Shown here: positions 25,411 through 42,320 of the stretch, in pieces
Layout of the letters: each line of letters starts with the position of its first letter
Position numbering within the stretch: position 1 is the first letter of the stretch
Origin: Octopus sinensis
Lineage: Eukaryota
Assembly (NCBI RefSeq): GCF_006345805.1
Contig: NC_043008.1
Span: forward strand, 68,696,001 to 68,760,000
Direction of reading: 5' to 3'
DNA: 64,000 nucleotides
The notes under the pieces: generated by a model
Told to the model about the DNA's origin: nothing
What the model saw: only the letters and a program-made list of their open reading frames with translations
Databases searched by the model: none
Program-made: the position numbers and the translations under genes

Positions 25411-25838
25411 AGCTAAATCCTTCTTTAAAATACTAGACTCTCTTCATTGAAGGCGATGCTCCAGCATGGCCGAAGTCAAATGACTTAAACTAATAAAAGA
25501 CAAAGATAAATGCAAGATATTTGGTTCGATACTAAACCGTTGGTGCCAAGTACTAAACTCTAACGTTATACCTGTAAGGAGAATATCTCCAAAGCATATC
25601 ACAACTACCCTTCTTACTTTTGGCGGCGGTGGTAAACTAGCAGGTAGCGTAGTGGTTGTTGTCGTTCATCTGTCCTCTCTGCCCCCTCTACTCCCTCCAC
25701 ATCCTCCTGTTTCCTCTCCGCCACCGCCTTCTTTTAAATCAGCCTCCTTCTCATCATCGTCGTATCGTCGTGGTCATCGTGGTCGTGGTCATCAGCATGA
25801 TCGTCATCGTCATCATCATTATCATCATCATTTCCCTC

Positions 25839-25891
<53 letters not shown>

Positions 25892-26706
25892 GATGCTGCT
25901 GCTGCTGCTGCTGCTGCTGCCACTGCTGCTTCTGCTTTTCTTCTCTACCTTATTATTATTAAACACACACAGATACAGACATACAGCTGCAATTTATAAA
26001 CCACGTCTGTCTCCAACGACGGACTATACCAGTGGTAAATGGTACGCCATATTACAACACAAACCCATCAATTCTCATTATCGAATCAGATAAATATTGA
26101 TTCGCCAATTAAAATCATTTGACTACATCGATTTTTGTTTTTGTTTCAAACAGTTAACTATTGCTTTAACTACTACTTTATCGCTATTTTCCTCCCATCA
26201 CAGTTTTCAGACTACTATTTTATCGCTGTAAAACCGTTAAAAACCATTTAAGGTATTTTTTTTGTATCTGCAAGTTATCAGAGCTACATATGAATCAAAA
26301 CGATTTTACTATAGTTTAAGGGCACCTTAGTGAAAATGAAAGTGTGTTTGTGAATAATGTTTGTTTATGTTAGTGTATGTGTGCATGTGAGTGTATGTGA
26401 AGGTGTATGTAATGGAAGAGGTAGTGGATGAGAATATTTTCTACTAAATACATACGGTCCATGTGTCTGCATTGCGTGATTGCATTTACAATTGAATATT
26501 AACATATAAATTGTATAGAATAGATGGTATGAAACTGCCTTTTACGTTCTTCTCCCTAATTTGTACATACACTCATGCATACATACATACATACATACAT
26601 ACATACATACATACATACATACATACATACATACATACAGGCAGAGACAAAAGGATCAGCGAAGCAAAGGATATGCATCCACATGCAAAACTAGTGTAGC
26701 AAGCTA

Positions 26707-26757
<51 letters not shown>

Positions 26758-26789
26758 ATCTATCTATCATCTATCTATCTATCTATTTA

Positions 26790-26853
<64 letters not shown>

Positions 26854-26867
26854 TATATACATACATA

Positions 26868-27035
26868 AAGGCACAGCTGTGGTGGTGTGGTAAGACTTTT
26901 GCCTCCCACCTAGATGGTTTCAAGTTCAGTCCAACTGTATGCCACTCAGGATAAGTGTCTTCTGCTATGATCCCAGACTGACCAATGCCTTATGAGTGGA
27001 TTTGGGTAGACTGAAACTGAAAGAAGTCTGTTTTG
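26868..27035 (+). mobile_element. SINE family B 5' half
   Basis: GCTGTGGTGGTGTGGTAAGAC...GTTCAGTCCAACTG...GTAGACTGAAACTGAAAGAAG. Confidence 0.7.
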
Positions 27036-27046
27036 TATATATATAT

Positions 27047-27114
<68 letters not shown>

Positions 27115-27214
27115 ACACACACACACATATATATATGCACATACACACAGAAGCACGCACATGCACTTATTCGCACACACATACACATACACGCATACAC
27201 ACATGTATTATGTA

Positions 27215-27880
27215 ATCTCTTTGTGAAATTGGTTTAATTGACTGCACATTTGACGAGATTCGCAGCTTGGACATCAAAACCAGAAAGATATTGACCACCA
27301 CTGGCAGGGTCCATATCGATAGTGACAACGGAGAGGATCTATGTAAGGAGAAGACATGGCGGCATGGCAGAACCAGAATGTATTCAGACCTTTAAAAACA
27401 AGGAATAGTGGTAGAACACGTCAATAATAAAGAGCAATTGGGTGCAAACATAATAGACCTGATATTGTTCCGTAGGACAGGGAACAAAATTTATTCACAG
27501 ATTTAGAGGTCAGCTGCCCAGCTGATGTGATTGTACCATCGAAATCCAGGAAAAAGAGAACATTTATGGTGAATTAATGCGGAACATAGAGCTTTTGTAC
27601 CTTGACTGTAAATTTTCATTTGTATCTATCACTATTAGTGCTTTAGGTTATGCACCTATAGATTTACACAAAGATCTAGGAATTCTAAGTTTTTTGAAAA
27701 GAGCAAAAGAAACAGACGCACATTATCCATATCCAATCTATTGGCGGTACAGTGAAGATTTGTAAAACATTTCAAAGATTCTCCAACTGTGATTCTTTAG
27801 ATGAATAGAAGCACACACTTCGTTGCGTGCATTGACAGTTCAACCAACACACCAACTCACCTAGATATTTATAAACACCG
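27215..27880 (+). mobile_element. Degenerate R4/Dong-clade (RLE) LINE fragments
   Basis: FDEIRSLDIKTRKILTTTG..H..SD (post-RT region) and the C-terminal ..YGELMRNIELLY..CKFSFVSITISALGYAP segment. Confidence 0.6.
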
Positions 27881-28275
27881 GGAATTTTCTTAACTCAAAA
27901 AGTCTTGTCATTTTGTTAGCGACCGGCTTGAATTCTCTTAAAAAGAACAAAAAAGAAATTCAAATAAAACATGCATTCACACACACACACATGCACACAC
28001 ACACACACACACACACGCATACATACATACGTATATGTTTATATATATGTGTAAAAGGTAAGCAAAAAAACTGAATGTGTATTTATACGCATCTTCCTTA
28101 AAACTTCTAATCCTACCAAATATAATGGAGAAATGATTATTTCCCTTCCAATAACAATCCGCTAGGGAACTCCACACGTGCGTGTGTATATATATGTGTG
28201 TGTGTTTTATATATATGTGTGTGCGTGTATGTCTATATGTGTAGGTATTTATTTATATACCTATAGACATACCTG

Positions 28276-28380
<105 letters not shown>

Positions 28381-28879
28381 TTGTATAATGTTTCACGCAG
28401 CCACATCATAAATTCCTACCTGATTTTCACCGTTTATTGATTCTCAAGCAATGAAAATAATGTGTAACCGATGTTACATCTGTATACAAAACAAGAATTG
28501 TTGAATATGCTATGCACATTACAATTGAAAATATTTCTCTAATAATATTATTTGTTCAAATATAACTTAATATTATTCCTATAAAAACATATTACAATAT
28601 CTTCAATTTTTTTAGAAATTGTTTATCGAATAAATTCAAAGAAATATTCAGCAATCACATTAATATGAAAAGGGGCATTAAACGAAATAATTCTAAGATT
28701 TCTAATTTTATAATGCCTGAGAATAAATATTATTATTATATAACTATTAAATGTTACTTTAGTTAGCAAGGACGTTGTCTTGAGGTTAGGCAAGAATAAG
28801 TCTCCTCAAATTTCAAGAATATTTCTTTTAATTATTTCTTAAACCAGAACGACATTTTCTGTTGATCAACAAGAGATGT

Positions 28880-30085
28880 TTCAATTCCAAAATCCTTTAG
28901 CCTTTCATGTAGGTGTATGGGCATTGAGTCAACTTTACCAACCACTACAAGAACAATTGTTACCTTGGTCTTCCACAACCTTTTCATCTCTAGTTAGGTC
29001 CTGATATTTTCAATTTTCTCAGTTTCTTTGGCGACTTTCTACCATCATGTGATATGGCAATGTCTATGAATTTACAGTGCTTGTTTTCATGTTCTCTACG
29101 ATTATATCTGGTCTCCTTGTTTGATACGCATGATCAGTCTATGTGGAGAAAACCCTAAAAATTTTGTAATTATAAATCACCATTCCATGTGTTGATACCC
29201 TAATTTTTTATCCCTTTGAATTCAAACACTCGGCTAACTTCCCTATGCACTCTTTTCCCGACATAATCATACCTGAACTTATAATTCATTTGTGCTTATT
29301 ACTCCATTCACTTACGTGAGAATTCATACTTTCGTCTCATTTTTCCACAGATTCGGTATTTGCTCTCTGTTTTGTTTTTATCAAATTAATTTGTTCCTGA
29401 GAAAGTATACTTAGCGATTTAGTTTCAGTTTCTCTTTTCAGGATTCTGTCTCTCAGTCACATTAAACATTCCTTATTTCCAACATCTTTTTGTTGCATGA
29501 ATTAGCCTCGTAATTCCTTCTCTTTTTAGCTATTTGTTCCATTGTTTTCCCTTCTGCTTTTGCCTTATCATACTGTTTCAGTGATCTTTGGATATTCTTT
29601 CTCCACTATACACAAAATAATTTTTCCAATCTAACAATGCAGTGCTAATGGTGTCTTCTGCGTTTAACGAACTTCTACTTCTTCCTTTCTTGGTTGGTTT
29701 GAGTATGTTGATGTTACTTTTAAGATGATGCGTGTAGTGCATTGTGAACAGCTTCCTAGTTCTTCTATCTAACTCTTGTAGTTCTGTCTTTGTCTATTTC
29801 AGAAAATAAGTAGAGTATGTCAATATCGACATGGCCAGTGTTATCCATTGCTTTGATAATAGTTTCTCCATTTAGTCATGCTTTGAGAACCTTCCTAATC
29901 CTTCTCCTTGTACTCTATAGAGTACATTACTTTTCATTTCTCTTTCCATTAACCTATTGTCCTATAGTACCCCAGGTACTTGCGTCCTTCATAATTTCTC
30001 ATCAATCCAATAACATCATCTGGTGGCAATTTTATACCATCAGATTTAATCTTTCGGTTTCTCTTCGTAATTAAAATTGAACTCT
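28880..30085 (-). mobile_element. Degenerate R4/Dong-clade LINE (RT end to RLE domain)
   Basis: KRNRKIKSDGIKLPPDDVIGL....RKYLG matches the R4/Dong RT pattern K.GK...DGI.LP....YKYLG; RLE-region remnants lie downstream; the 5' end abuts (AAG)n. Confidence 0.65.
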
Positions 30086-30087
30086 TC

Positions 30088-30200
30088 TGCTTCTTCTTCT
30101 TCTTCTTCTTCTTCTTCTTCTTCTTCTTCTTCTTCTTCTTCTTCTTCTTCTTCTTCTTCTTCTTCTTCTTCTTTTTCTTCTTCTTCTTCTTCTTCTTCTT

Positions 30201-30230
<30 letters not shown>
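30088..30230. repeat. (CTT)n microsatellite
   Basis: Directly visible. Confidence 0.95.
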
Positions 30231-30231
<1 letters not shown>

Positions 30232-30273
30232 GTATTAGTATTAGTATGAGTCGTGGTAATAGTAGTAGCAGGT

Positions 30274-30515
30274 AGGAGCACTGCAAGTGAGTGAGCACTC
30301 CATAGATACGTATACCTTTAATGTAGTTCCTAGGAAGATTCAGCGTGACACAGAATGTGACAAGGCTGGCCCCTCGAAATGCAGAAACTACTCATTTTTG
30401 CCAGCTGAGTGGCCTAGAGTAACGTGAAATAAAGTGTCTTGCATAGCCGGGAATTGAACTCACGACCTTACGAACGTGAGCCGAATGCCCTAACCACTAA
30501 GCAACGCGCATTCAC
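30274..30515 (-). mobile_element. SINE family A copy
   Basis: GATTCAGCGTGACACAGAATGTGACAAGGCTGGCCC...TCATTTTTGCCAGCTGAGTGG...CTAACCACTAAGCAACGCGC. Confidence 0.8.
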
Positions 30516-30521
30516 TCGTCA

Positions 30522-30562
<41 letters not shown>

Positions 30563-30669
30563 ATTGTAGTATTAAAATTACTGCATTTAAAGCCTTCATT
30601 ATAAAAAGGTATCATTTGACTGATGAGAGCGAATGAGAGCATGGCTGAAACGAGTAAATGAATAAAAGG

Positions 30670-32770
<2,101 letters not shown>

Positions 32771-33099
32771 TACGCTTCAAACAAATGGTTAAAATTAATT
32801 AAGGATTAAATATCTAACCATACTGTTACATGCTCCTAAGTATCAAACTGCTTTCTTTTGTCAATGATGTCATAACGCTGGGATTCTGCACGGTTTTCAA
32901 TTTTCTAAATTTTACTTGTAAGCTATCGACAAACCCGAAATAAATTACAAAATATTTGCCCCAAATGCAAAGAATCTGGGATCGAACTCGAAAAGGGGTG
33001 GTTGGGAGGCGAAGTTCTTAACCGTATAACCCATGCTTGTCTCCTATATACATACATTACATAAATACATACATCGTACATACATACACCCTGTGAGAC

Positions 33100-33400
33100 A
33101 GGGAACAAAAGTCATGCACTGTTGTAGAGATTAGCTGCCCAGCAGATGTGAAAAAACAATTAAAATTTCAGAAAAAGAAAAAAAGAGAACACTATGGTTA
33201 ATTAATGTAGAATTTACACCTATTGTACCATCACTATGAATTCTCATTTGTACCTACCATCATTGGTGCATTAGGTTATGTATCAACAGATTTACACAAA
33301 AACGTAGAAGTACAAGATTTTTCGAAATCCAATCTTTTAGCGGCTCAGTGATAATTTTAAGACAACCAAAGATTCACCATCTAGGGTTCTGTAAATGAAC
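33100..33400 (+). mobile_element. R4/Dong-clade LINE 3' fragment
   Basis: Homologous to 27480-27790 (AGCTGCCCAGC.GATGTG...TTAGGTTATG...GATTTACACAAA). Confidence 0.55.
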
Positions 33401-36028
33401 ATATATCCACACACTTGGTTGTATGTAGATTTAGTTTCACCAAGTTCTGAGTGCCACTGCATTCAGTTGAGGATCTCTGGTTCGGGAATTCCAGGGTTTT
33501 GAGGAGGGTGAAAACACCTCTTAGCCATTATTGTTCCCAGGTCTACTCTTACCCAAAATAGTAGCACCTTGTTTATATAAGGCTTGTTTATATATGTGAA
33601 TGAAGGCTAGATCTGGTAGAAAGGAAGGTGGCTGCAGCTATACTTTGTAAAGTGCAGAAAGCAAGATGAGGCACGTAAGACATCTTGGTCATCTGCTGCA
33701 TTCGTCTCTATTCCTAGTTGTCTTGCCTTGGTCTTGCTCTGGTTTTGACACTAGATTAAAGAAGATGGTCATGGATACATGCAACATTTCTTCCCTTTAA
33801 ACAAGACCATTGCACAAGTCATCACTCAACCATCATCTTGAATGATTAGACAGCCCTCGTCTTTGCGGTGAACGAACATGGAACAAATTGTACAAGCTTC
33901 TTGTGGTGCTGTGTTAGCCACCTCAGCTCATTACATTGTCAATCGCATAAACTGCAGGTTTACCTCCACCAAGCCAATTTTTGTCCCGTCTCACATTAGA
34001 CAGAGATGCAAGTCTACAATGACTGTCCTTTACAGATATTCCGTATTTCTTAATAACGCAGTACACAGGCAAATAAAATATACAGAGACACACATGCACA
34101 GAATAACACCTACTAAAAAAACAGACATACGCACCATTAGGCATTCACACAGGTACATACGAACATTGATACATATACACATGCACATCATAACACGTAA
34201 GAAGGCATGAACACAGAAACACCCCGTATTTTATATGAATGTACATAGATAAACAGATACAAATATGCATCATCACACACACAGAGTCATACACCGTCGT
34301 CTATTTACAGGCACACGAACACACAAACACCGACACTCACACAGTCACAGAGATAAACACTGTCATAAATTTACATACACGGGAACCACACACCATCATA
34401 TATTTACAGGCACACAAACACACACAAACGCCGAGATACATACCATCATACATTTCATACACGTAAACACACTCAACACAAACACATACACACTATCATA
34501 CATTTACAGGTACACACACACACACACACTCGCACGCACACAGACAGACACAGACACACACATACACACACACTGTCATTCATTTCGAAGTACGTAAGCA
34601 GATACAAGTCTACACAAATAGATATACATACCACACAAGCTCACTCACACGCACACACACATACACGTACACACACACGCACCCCCCACACACCCACACG
34701 CTCACACCGACTGCTCTTTTAGAGTGAGAGATTTAGGTAAATTTCTCCACGAACCTTTAATAGAACGATTCCTTCTTCCCATTTATAAAATCCAAATTTA
34801 CTTCGATGGTATTTTTCTTAATTTTACTTCGCAACCAAAATAAATCACTAAAGATAATTTTTTAAGAATTACTTCGAGTGATTCTGACATTGCCGAAAAC
34901 ATTTCCTTAAATTCCAGCAGCGATGCTACATTAACTTCGAAACCAGTCGAAGTTAGAGCGAGAAGATGTTGAAGATAAATGATGTATGTAGCTATCATTT
35001 ATTGTTACTTACTTCTCTAGTTTTCTGTTGATCACTTAGCTGGAAAATATTAAGAACGGTTGAAAATGTCCAAACCATTGTATCTAATGTTTTGTTAACC
35101 TAGCTCAGTATTCTTGCCAAAAGGAATTGACAACAACTTGACTTTTAATGAGACGTTCCTAACGAAACAAACCCAAATGGAACTCTCTAGGATATACATA
35201 TCTATGTTTTTAAGTTATTGCAACAGAACTTTGGGACTATTTCGCTTATCACCTCCAGTTTTTAGTCTCTGTTTTTCGACCAGTCTATACTTACGTTGAT
35301 CTTCGGGTGTCCTGTTCTAACCTTCCATATACGTGCACATACAAATAAACCTGGTATTTGGGATGCCTTTACCTCTTTGAACTAACGAGGAAGCTTTGGT
35401 GGGTGCGATGTTTCCCTATGACCTTGGAAGAAACGAAAGCCGGCATCCAGAAAACATCCTTGTTTTACATTCATAAACATAAAATCACGTGGCCGCCCGC
35501 CTTTTACGCGTTCCAGAGATACGGTCAAAGGAAATCGCATCTGCTAAAACGTACTGGCGGGTTCAAAAAGTTCATGAAGTACACTTAGACTCTGATACAA
35601 GCACCCGGACCTTGTCTCCGGTTTGAGAATACATTTCTCCTTCCTCCATCAACCACCAATCTCGGAGACCGTGTAAAAAGTGAAGGGCACCAGCTTAGCT
35701 CATGGTTCAATGATGAAATCCCTAGACAGACACACCTGTGTACTCACGCATGCACGCATACATACCACTCACTTATCACTTAGTTACTTGATATAGCTAA
35801 CACGTTGTACATGCACTGTCTTCGTACTTTGGCGAGTGACGGACGAAAAGGAATCTCAGAATATCTGAAAGAAATCCTATTTACTTAACCAGAAACGGTA
35901 AAATAGTAAAGCAGACAAATCTTTTATCTTCTATCGGGTCAAGCCAACGTGTGTTGTGTTGTGTGGGTGTTGTGTATGTGTGTGTATGTGTGTGTATATG
36001 CGTATATATGTATATATGCACACACATC

Positions 36029-36114
<86 letters not shown>

Positions 36115-36116
<2 letters not shown>

Positions 36117-36409
36117 CGTGATCACGTGACCGACCAGACCATCAGATGTTGCTACACATCGCTGGTCACAATGCATTCGCATTGTTCTTTTTAGCCTTCG
36201 AATGACGCCACCCCGCTGGCTAAGCGAGCAGGCCAACAGAAGAAAGAGTGAGAGAAAGAGTGGTGAGGGAGTACAGCAGGGATCACCACCCTCTGCCGGA
36301 GCCTCGTGGAGCTTTCAGGTGTTTTCGCTCAATAAACACACACAACGCCGGTCTGGGAATCGAAACCGCGATCCTACAACCGCGAGTCCGCTGCTCTAAC
36401 CACTGGGCC

Positions 36410-36410
<1 letters not shown>
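36115..36410 (-). mobile_element. SINE family D (3' end begins with the TCACGTGATCACGTGA palindrome); partial copies at ~16870-16975 and ~55305-55400
   Basis: tRNA-like head TGGCCCAGTGGTTAGAGCAGCGGACTCGCGG...GGTTTCGATTCCC on the minus strand; ACCGACCAGACCATCAGATG shared by three loci. Confidence 0.75.
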
Positions 36411-36479
<69 letters not shown>

Positions 36480-36487
36480 TATATATC

Positions 36488-36530
<43 letters not shown>

Positions 36531-37066
36531 GAGAGAGAGAGAGGAAGAGAGAGAAGAGAGACATTATAAGCCTTCATGCATATGTATCACAGCATATAAT
36601 TTTGTGCATGCAGTTAAATATGTATGTATGTATATATATATTTAAGTAGTTGAATGAATTATCTTAGTATGGATAATTCGGTTAACCGATATCTGGGTAG
36701 CAAATTCACGTCAGAAAAACACGGTTGAAGCTACATGCCAAGGACAGAGATCACGTGCTTTCGTGTGGAAATGTGTGTGTTTTTTTAATACAAATAAATG
36801 AAAGAATGGAGTTGAACGACGATTTAACAAAATCCTTTATTTGTTAAATCGTCGTTCAACTCCATTTTTTATTTATTATATATATAATATATATATGCTT
36901 ATACATATGTATATGTATACACACACTCTCGCACACATACACATGTATAAACAAATTTGTATATACATACTTACTGCATATGCAAATATATTCTTAGATA
37001 TATTACTATGTATGTATGTATGTATGTATGTATGTATGTATGTATGTATGTATGTATGTATGTATG

Positions 37067-37115
<49 letters not shown>

Positions 37116-37712
37116 CAATCTATATATCTGTCTCCCCACCACCGTGCTCCCTCTGTCTACCTGTCTATCGAAAATCTTCTGCTGACTCAAAAGATCTCTC
37201 ATATCATTATCTGGCCGTCGCTGGGTCTGGTATTTCAGTAACTCTGTAAGGCTAACGTCTGCGTTTCGTTCAGCTGATATACTTGTCAATCAGTCTCTTT
37301 TTAACAGTTCTGAGTGAACATAATCGTTGAGTGACATGAAACGTCGCTAAGTTACCGCCTCACATTCTGCAAATACCTTTAACTCAACAATTGCCATCGT
37401 TAGCGAGACTAACAAGAATATTATGCCTGTTCAGGAAGCAACATTTCCGACATATTTCAACACCATTGCACTTTATACTATCTCTTGTTTATTTCCTCCT
37501 GCGCAGCATTTAGCATAGTTTCTTTTTGTATATATTCACACTCACATACGCACACTCATACCCGCACGTAGGTACGCACACGCACAAATATATACATATA
37601 CACATACACACATACCTCTAACCGTCTTGTCTTATTTATATACATCATCGACCACATTTTCTTTATTCCTTTTCGTTGAGCACAAACTTCGGCAAGAAGC
37701 CACCATTAACCG

Positions 37713-37767
<55 letters not shown>

Positions 37768-37788
37768 CATACATAATACATACATATA

Positions 37789-37830
<42 letters not shown>

Positions 37831-37858
37831 CTTACATACACACACATATATATATACA

Positions 37859-37896
<38 letters not shown>

Positions 37897-38169
37897 ATAC
37901 ATACATATATACACACACATAAACTTATGTATCTACGTATACATGCACACGCATATGCACACAAAGACACATACACATACACACACATACACATAGACAC
38001 CAAATAAACACATATACGCACAATCACATACACACAAATAATGGGAAACAGGTTTTCTTTTAAATCTGCCTTTTTGAAAACACGACTGTATTTTTTAAAT
38101 TTCATGTGGGGTTATTTGAAAGAGTATATTTATATATATATTCAGTTCTCTAAATTTATTTGTGTACAG

Positions 38170-38238
38170 TCTGTCTGTCTGTCTGTCTGCCTATCTATCT
38201 ATCTATCTATCTATCTATCAATCTATCTATCTATCTAC

Positions 38239-38309
<71 letters not shown>

Positions 38310-38334
38310 CCTACCTACCTACCTACCTACCTAC

Positions 38335-38399
<65 letters not shown>

Positions 38400-38786
38400 A
38401 GTCTTTTGTTTGTATAGCTTTCTACACGCAAATGATCAACTACAAAAGACAAAAGGAGAATACTTTATAAGACTTCGAAATCCGTAATTAAACCAGAAAT
38501 AGTTCACACCATTACTATACATAGCGCATAACATGTTCTTTTGGAAAGTTCAACAACGAAAGCGCTTACATACAATATGAAACCGTCTTTCCATAAATGT
38601 TCATGTCATTCTGCTTTTCAAAAACTAACACACACACATATAAAGTATTTTGTTTTCCTTTCGTTGTTGACCATTTGTATACAGATAAATAGACAGACAG
38701 ACAAACAAACAGAAAGGTAGACACAGATATTTGACAGAATGCAAGATAGATAGGTAGAAGGATAGATAGATAGATAGATAGATAGG

Positions 38787-38870
<84 letters not shown>

Positions 38871-38880
38871 CAGATTGATA
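38170..38880. repeat. (TCTA)n/(CCTA)n tract (38170-38400) and oppositely oriented (TAGA)n tract (38745-38880)
   Basis: Directly visible. Confidence 0.9.
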
Positions 38881-40173
38881 GAAGGAATGGAACGTATACC
38901 CACTATAGATTGGATAAGCCCATTACCAAAAGTCCTTATGAATTCAAGCCTGAAGTCCAGCACACCGACACATGCACATACGCACAAGATATACACACTA
39001 GTACCTACATACACACAGAGATAGACACACGTTTTTAAGAATGGTCCATGAATTTCTGCTACATAAAAACAATGAAAAATAGGCGGGAGCGCAGTGGACG
39101 ATGTTTGAGAAATTCAAATTGATTAAAAGTAAAAATGGGGTGCAGTTTCACGTAAGTATATACTTTCGCGGTAAGGTGCCAGCTACAGACATGCTCTGTT
39201 CATATTAAATCGCATCAGTTGTTTTAGATGAGGTGTAATAACATAGAAACCTGTCCATAGTTGTTACTCTTTCACCTAAAAATATACTCCTACTCCACTG
39301 TATTCCATGTTTAATTGATTTCAAGTTAAATTTTATGGTTATCTCCCCTGTGTTTCTTTGTTATATACAGATTGTTCTGACCATTGAGGTTGCACAAAAT
39401 ATTAAACCACATATTAAAGAATAAAGAAAAAATCGTAATATATTGTATATTCTCTTCAGACTATTCCATAAGGGTAGAAATATCTGCAAGACACAAACAC
39501 GTTACGTTTGCCTTTACAAATATGTTCGAATCTGGAAATTAAGGTAAAGAAAACAAGAGAAAAAAGGATAAAAATGAAGTGACCCCAAGCAGTTATACGA
39601 ATTATAAGAATAAACACTTTCCCAATATGTCGAAATATTTCTTTGGCGCAAATTACTTTGCTAGAGAGCTCAATAAACAGGAAAGAAACTGGTCAAGAAC
39701 AGATGATATATGTATGTGTCTGTGTGTACTTGTGAGTATGTGTGTGTGCATGTATGTATATATTTATTTCATATCTATTTGCAATATTCAATCTGTCTCA
39801 GTCTCTCATTCACTCAATTACCCCCGCTATTTCCCTATCTTCTGTACCATCAGCTATCTTCGTCACCATTCCACCTTTTAGCACAGACTTCGGCAAGAAG
39901 CCATCATCTCTCGTTATATAATATATTTAACATAATAAGAATAAGTTCCTTTCACGTCTTCACATTACCATTAACTCTACTACTGCCTGACTGACTATTA
40001 ATTTTACATCTCTACTTCCATCTTACTTACAACTATGGAAATCATCCATTTCCATACCTGCCACACGATATTAACTTAAACTAACAATTCAAGTGTTGCC
40101 TACGATAAATGCTTTCATATTCAAGTGTGTGTACGATAAATGCTTTCTTATAGATATGTAACAATCTACATGC

Positions 40174-40231
<58 letters not shown>

Positions 40232-40384
40232 GTGTGTGTGTGTGTGTATGTGTGTATGTGTGTGCGCGGTGCGTGTGTATGTTCACGCACGTATGTTTCT
40301 ATTAAAGTGCGTTATATGAACACGTATGTATATGTACATACATATATGTATATGCATATGTATCAATATATGTATATGTATTAT

Positions 40385-40464
<80 letters not shown>

Positions 40465-40491
40465 TGTGTAAATATATAAATATAAATATAA

Positions 40492-40551
<60 letters not shown>

Positions 40552-40863
40552 TAATATATATATATAAAGGTGTCCAGAAATTATCATTACAATTTCAAAG
40601 ATTCAGAAAAAGAAAAAAAAAACACATCAATGAGCGGAGTTTATTGGAGAACATACGCAAACAAATTAAAGCTTTAAGGATATTTAGCATGCAAAGAAGT
40701 TGATTAATGGATTTTAGTGGTAAGAAATTCTCAAGAGAGCTGAACAGCAGAAAGGTCATCAGAGAAGAAACCTACCTCAGGCAAATGTTTCGGTCCTTAA
40801 CTTGTGGAAGTTGTGAATATGATTGAGGGAAAACCTGCATACATACATACATACATACATACA

Positions 40864-40894
<31 letters not shown>

Positions 40895-41332
40895 TTCGTT
40901 TCTTTTTTTGTATTCTAGTTTTTGCACCAACCTTCTTCACGTTTTCTCCACGTTTTTCTTATTTGCTTACTGTCCAGCGTCCTTGCTTTTTAAAAAAATT
41001 ATACAGGTGACTCCATAAAATGGTACTTTTGAGAAACCCAATAAAAAATAGAAACAAAATCCAAATCCAACAAAAATATTTTGTTGACAGAAAGTAAATA
41101 ACGCCTTTTAATAACCAGCAATCTAAGGTATTATTGTCTGAAAATTACGCCCTGCAGATGGTATCCTCTCCTATATGTGCACTCTATCAATCTACTGTTG
41201 AAGTTCCCCATTGCCCTGTATATAACGCATAGACAGAGCCTGAATGATTGCTTTAAAGTACATGGCGTATTTTATAAATATGCCTATTCAAGTATCATAA
41301 TACCATGAAACTATTAGTAGCTCTTTCGATTG

Positions 41333-41366
<34 letters not shown>

Positions 41367-42013
41367 TAAATAATACATTTATAAATATCTCAGAGAGATT
41401 TATGCAGAAGTGGTACGTTAGAGTAGTTGTATACCGTCAACTTAATGTGACAGTCCTATGAAGAGAATCACACTACTGCTATTTAGCCCTAGGAAGCAGC
41501 AACGCTTCTTGTCGGCCTTGACACATTTCCTGTGTCCTTATGTTTACAAGGGGGATATAAGTACCTCTACCCAGCTAAGTCTGCTTCCAGAGACTAGTTT
41601 CTGAGTCTTTGCTCGTCATTAGTCTGGAATAGCATCTAGCTCTTGTAAACATATAAGAATTCCAGTGAAATAAATCCACTGATTACAAAAATAGAAATAA
41701 TATATTTCTAAATATCTCACGGAGATATATGCAGTGAGCTAGATAGGCATCTCCAACTAGGAGGCCATGCTACTCCAGACTGATGACGGCCACAGATGGA
41801 GGTCACAGATGAAGGCCACAGATATTCAACGGAATATTCAAATATATTCAAATATATAAATACATATAAAACCGCCATTTAATGTCTAGATTTTGAATTA
41901 AAATAAATAAAGACAAATAAAAATTAAAACCACTTAAAAACCCTTAAATTTTTAAAGTTTCGAAATATTCTACAGAAAAGTCAAGCGAAAGAAAATCACT
42001 ATATATATATATA

Positions 42014-42083
<70 letters not shown>

Positions 42084-42194
42084 AAAATAAATAAATAAAT
42101 AGCGAAGTGCTGAATCGCACGCAGTTTTATGTTTGATGAATGTATCTAATGATATCAGCAAAGGTGAAAAGAAAATGAAACAAAACAAAATGCC

Positions 42195-42320
42195 TGAGTA
42201 GAGAGTTAATCATATCGACTCCATTGTTCAATTGCTACTTATTTTATCGAAACTGAGCGGATGAAAGCCCAAGGCAACCTCGGCGGAATTTGAACTCAAA
42301 ATTTTGTCCGGCCTGCTCGC
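42195..42320 (-). mobile_element. Degenerate SINE family C
   Basis: GGATGAAAGCCCAAGGCAACCTCGGCGGAATTTGAACTCA. Confidence 0.6.

Noticed and set aside
30612-30661. Apparent hammerhead CTGATGA-GAGC...GCT-GAAACGAGTA
   Set aside because: Stem I is out of register, and the GCATGGCTGAAACGAGTAAATGAATAAAAG half matches the SINE-B tail, so the motif is probably a chance chimera.
39101-39157. Candidate first exon MFEKFKLIKSKNGVQFH|GTAAGT
   Set aside because: No downstream exon partner or recognisable protein; such sites are expected by chance.
41780-41830. CTGATGA followed by three ~13-nt CAGATG.AGG.CA repeats
   Set aside because: No GAAA or stem III half, so it is at most a truncated remnant.
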